Made by a program: the position numbers and the translations under genes | Source of the DNA: Fidelibacterota bacterium | GTDB taxonomy: Bacteria > Fidelibacterota > Marinisomatia > Marinisomatales > S15-B10 | Assembly (NCBI GenBank): GCA_002729175.1 | Contig: PBTS01000072.1 | Coordinates: forward strand, 1 to 26,288 | Reading direction: 5' to 3' | Length of the DNA stretch: 26,288 nucleotides | Part shown: positions 25,918-26,288 of the stretch, in pieces | Layout of the letters: each line of letters opens with the position of its first letter | Position numbering within the stretch: position 1 is the first letter of the stretch | The notes under the pieces: generated by a model | Database searches by the model: none | What the model was told of the DNA's origin: nothing | Seen by the model: the letters and a program-made list of their open reading frames with translations, nothing else

Positions 25918-26288
25918 ATGGCTGATCTTGTAATAAAAAGCGGGAAGGTAATTGATGGAACCGGTAACCCGGCTGTGATGGGTGATATTGTTATCAGTGA
26001 GGGCTCTTTTTTCTCAGTAGGTGATGGGACGGAAGTAGAAGGGAACCTTGAATGGGACGCCAGAGGCAAGGTTGTCTGTCCCGGTTTTATTGACATCCAT
26101 AGTCACGCCGATTTTTCTCTCATGGCTGATCGTCGGAATGAAGGGGCCATACGTCAGGGGATCACCACATTGGTGACTGGCAATTGCGGCCACGGTCCAG
26201 CCCCTGCTCGTGATGTGGATCTCGCAAAACGTAATACAGCTGGTTTCAGTGAAAGCTGGAATGTGCATTTTTCATGGGGTTCATTTAG
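25918..26288 (+). CDS. N-acyl-D-amino-acid deacylase (D-aminoacylase) family protein, 3'-truncated by the window edge
   Basis: Not in the ORF track because no stop lies in the window. Manual translation MADLVIKSGKVIDGTGNP...CPGFIDIHSHAD...RQGITTLVTGNCG shows the HxH and GNCG ligands. GGAGG RBS at 25908-25912. Confidence 0.88.
   Translation, partial: MADLVIKSGKVIDGTGNPAVMGDIVISEGSFFSVGDGTEVEGNLEWDARGKVVCPGFIDIHSHADFSLMADRRNEGAIRQGITTLVTGNCGHGPAPARDVDLAKRNTAGFSESWNVHFSWGSF

Overview
Gene-dense bacterial chromosomal segment. All 25 conventional CDSs (two truncated by the window edges) lie on the + strand, plus two candidate small ORFs too short for the ORF track. No RNA gene, mobile element or CRISPR array is recognisable. 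Content is dominated by peptide/amino-acid salvage functions, many carrying export signals: two amidohydrolases, a Tat-exported M19 dipeptidase, an M28B carboxypeptidase lipoprotein, an M55 D-aminopeptidase, a DAO-family oxidoreductase, an FMN alpha-hydroxy-acid oxidase, a type-2 asparaginase, a PLP dehydratase, a D-aminoacylase, and APC and AGCS transporters. Also present are a 1160-aa Ig/FN3/beta-propeller lipoprotein, VIT1, apaG and a cold-shock protein. Most unusual: (i) a tandem, translationally coupled GAPDH pair whose first copy lacks the catalytic Cys and phosphate-site motif (probable pseudoenzyme), followed by a coupled 32-aa single-TM ORF; (ii) an 88-aa ORF that looks like a DUF885 gene with its middle deleted in frame; (iii) a glycosylasparaginase-like protein with Glu-Thr rather than Asp-Thr at the autocleavage site. 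The gene repertoire is compatible with a diderm heterotroph, possibly FCB group, but that is inference only. Family calls come from motif recognition by eye; no searches were run.
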